DNA of 32,000 nt from Nocardia nova NBRC 15556 (GTDB lineage: Bacteria; Actinomycetota; Actinomycetes; Mycobacteriales; Mycobacteriaceae), in contig NZ_BDBN01000040.1 of assembly GCF_001613005.1 (NCBI RefSeq), positions 44,237-76,236 on the forward strand, in the 5' to 3' direction. The notes beneath the pieces were generated by a model. The model saw only the letters and a program-made list of their open reading frames with translations. It made no database searches and was not told where the DNA came from. Shown one piece after another: positions 31,507-32,000 of this stretch; position 1 is the first letter of the stretch, and each line of letters starts with the position of its first letter. The position numbers were made by a program, and so were the translations under genes.

Positions 31507-32000
31507 CCCTCGGCCGCCAATTGCCCGCAGGCCGCGGCGATCTCCTGCCCCCGCGTATCGCGCACCGTGCAGGGCACACCCTGTGCCTCCACTCGCCGCA
31601 CGAATTCCCGCTCGACGGGTTTCGGCGACGCGTCCCATTTGGAGCCCGGCGTCGGGTTGAGCGGGATGAGGTTGACGTGGACGCGGGAGCCGAGTGCCTT
31701 GTGCAGTTTCGAGCCCAGCATGTCGGCGCGCCACGGCTGGTCGTTGATATCGCGGATCAGGGCGTATTCGACCGAGACCCGACGGCCGGTCTTGTCGGCG
31801 TAATACCGTGCGGCGTCGAGTACTTCGGCGACCGACCAGCGATTGTTGACCGGCACCAACGTATCTCGCAATTCGTCGTCCGGTGTGTGCAGGGAGACGG
31901 CCAGCGTCACCGACAGGCCCTCGTCGGCCAGTTTGCGGATCGCGGGGGCCAGGCCGACGGTCGACACGACCACGTTGCGCTGCGAGATACCCAGGCCGTC
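31503..32000 (-). CDS. rlmN: 23S rRNA/tRNA (adenine-C2)-methyltransferase RlmN (radical SAM), C-terminal part; the 5' end lies outside the window
   Basis: Reads ...[43 protein letters not shown]...[12 protein letters not shown]...[14 protein letters not shown]...[16 protein letters not shown], which matches the RlmN/Cfr family C-terminus. The frame stays open to nt 32000. Confidence 0.9.
   Translation of the reverse strand, partial: DGLGISQRNVVVSTVGLAPAIRKLADEGLSVTLAVSLHTPDDELRDTLVPVNNRWSVAEVLDAARYYADKTGRRVSVEYALIRDINDQPWRADMLGSKLHKALGSRVHVNLIPLNPTPGSKWDASPKPVEREFVRRVEAQGVPCTVRDTRGQEIAAACGQLAAEG

Noticed and set aside
1-32000. Scan for mobile elements, CRISPR arrays, tRNA/rRNA genes, toxin-antitoxin pairs or defence-system hallmarks (nucleases, helicases, methyltransferase pairs).
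   Set aside because: I recognised none. There are no transposase or integrase motifs, no regularly spaced repeats, no tRNA-like T-arm sequences in the spacers, and no terminal inverted or direct repeats flanking the hopanoid or efe blocks.

Overview
High-GC (about 70%) actinobacterial chromosomal segment. The backbone gene order (nfi ... dxr-rip1 ... DUF2631 ... rlmN) is typical of Mycobacteriales, so I infer a Nocardia-like organism; the sequence alone cannot prove this. I support 27 conventional protein-coding genes plus one candidate 30-codon upstream ORF. I recognised no rRNA, tRNA, CRISPR array, transposase or phage genes. Layout: (i) 1-380, 3' end of endonuclease V, followed by a 514-bp lower-GC non-coding region. 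(ii) 895-8044, a tightly spaced plus-strand block: small helical protein, PPK2 polyphosphate kinase, atypical P2-like P-type ATPase, SulP/STAS anion transporter, membrane-anchored DAGK-family lipid kinase. (iii) 8028-13498, housekeeping and accessory genes: rip1 (M50 protease), dxr, DUF2631, an HTH-less LysR-type ligand-binding protein, a PAP2 phosphatase, and a crcB pair preceded by a probable fluoride riboswitch. (iv) 13520-26522, a PucR-type regulator divergent from an 11.7-kb, nine-gene, translationally coupled hopanoid operon: hpnC-hpnD-hpnE-polyprenyl synthase-shc-(hpnG::ispH fusion)-hpnH-dxs-ispG. (v) 26.5-30.1 kb, an EfeUOB-type iron uptake locus with efeU and efeO fused and an IdeR-like box. 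(vi) an MFS transporter and the 3' end of rlmN. I see no defence-type or clearly unprecedented multi-gene system. The most unusual items are the HpnG-IspH fusion, the loop-less operon-encoded Dxs, ispG sitting in the hopanoid operon instead of after dxr-rip1, the P-type ATPase lacking all canonical acidic ion-site residues, the fused EfeU-EfeO, and a candidate coupled upstream ORF. All family calls come from motif recognition by eye; no database searches were run.
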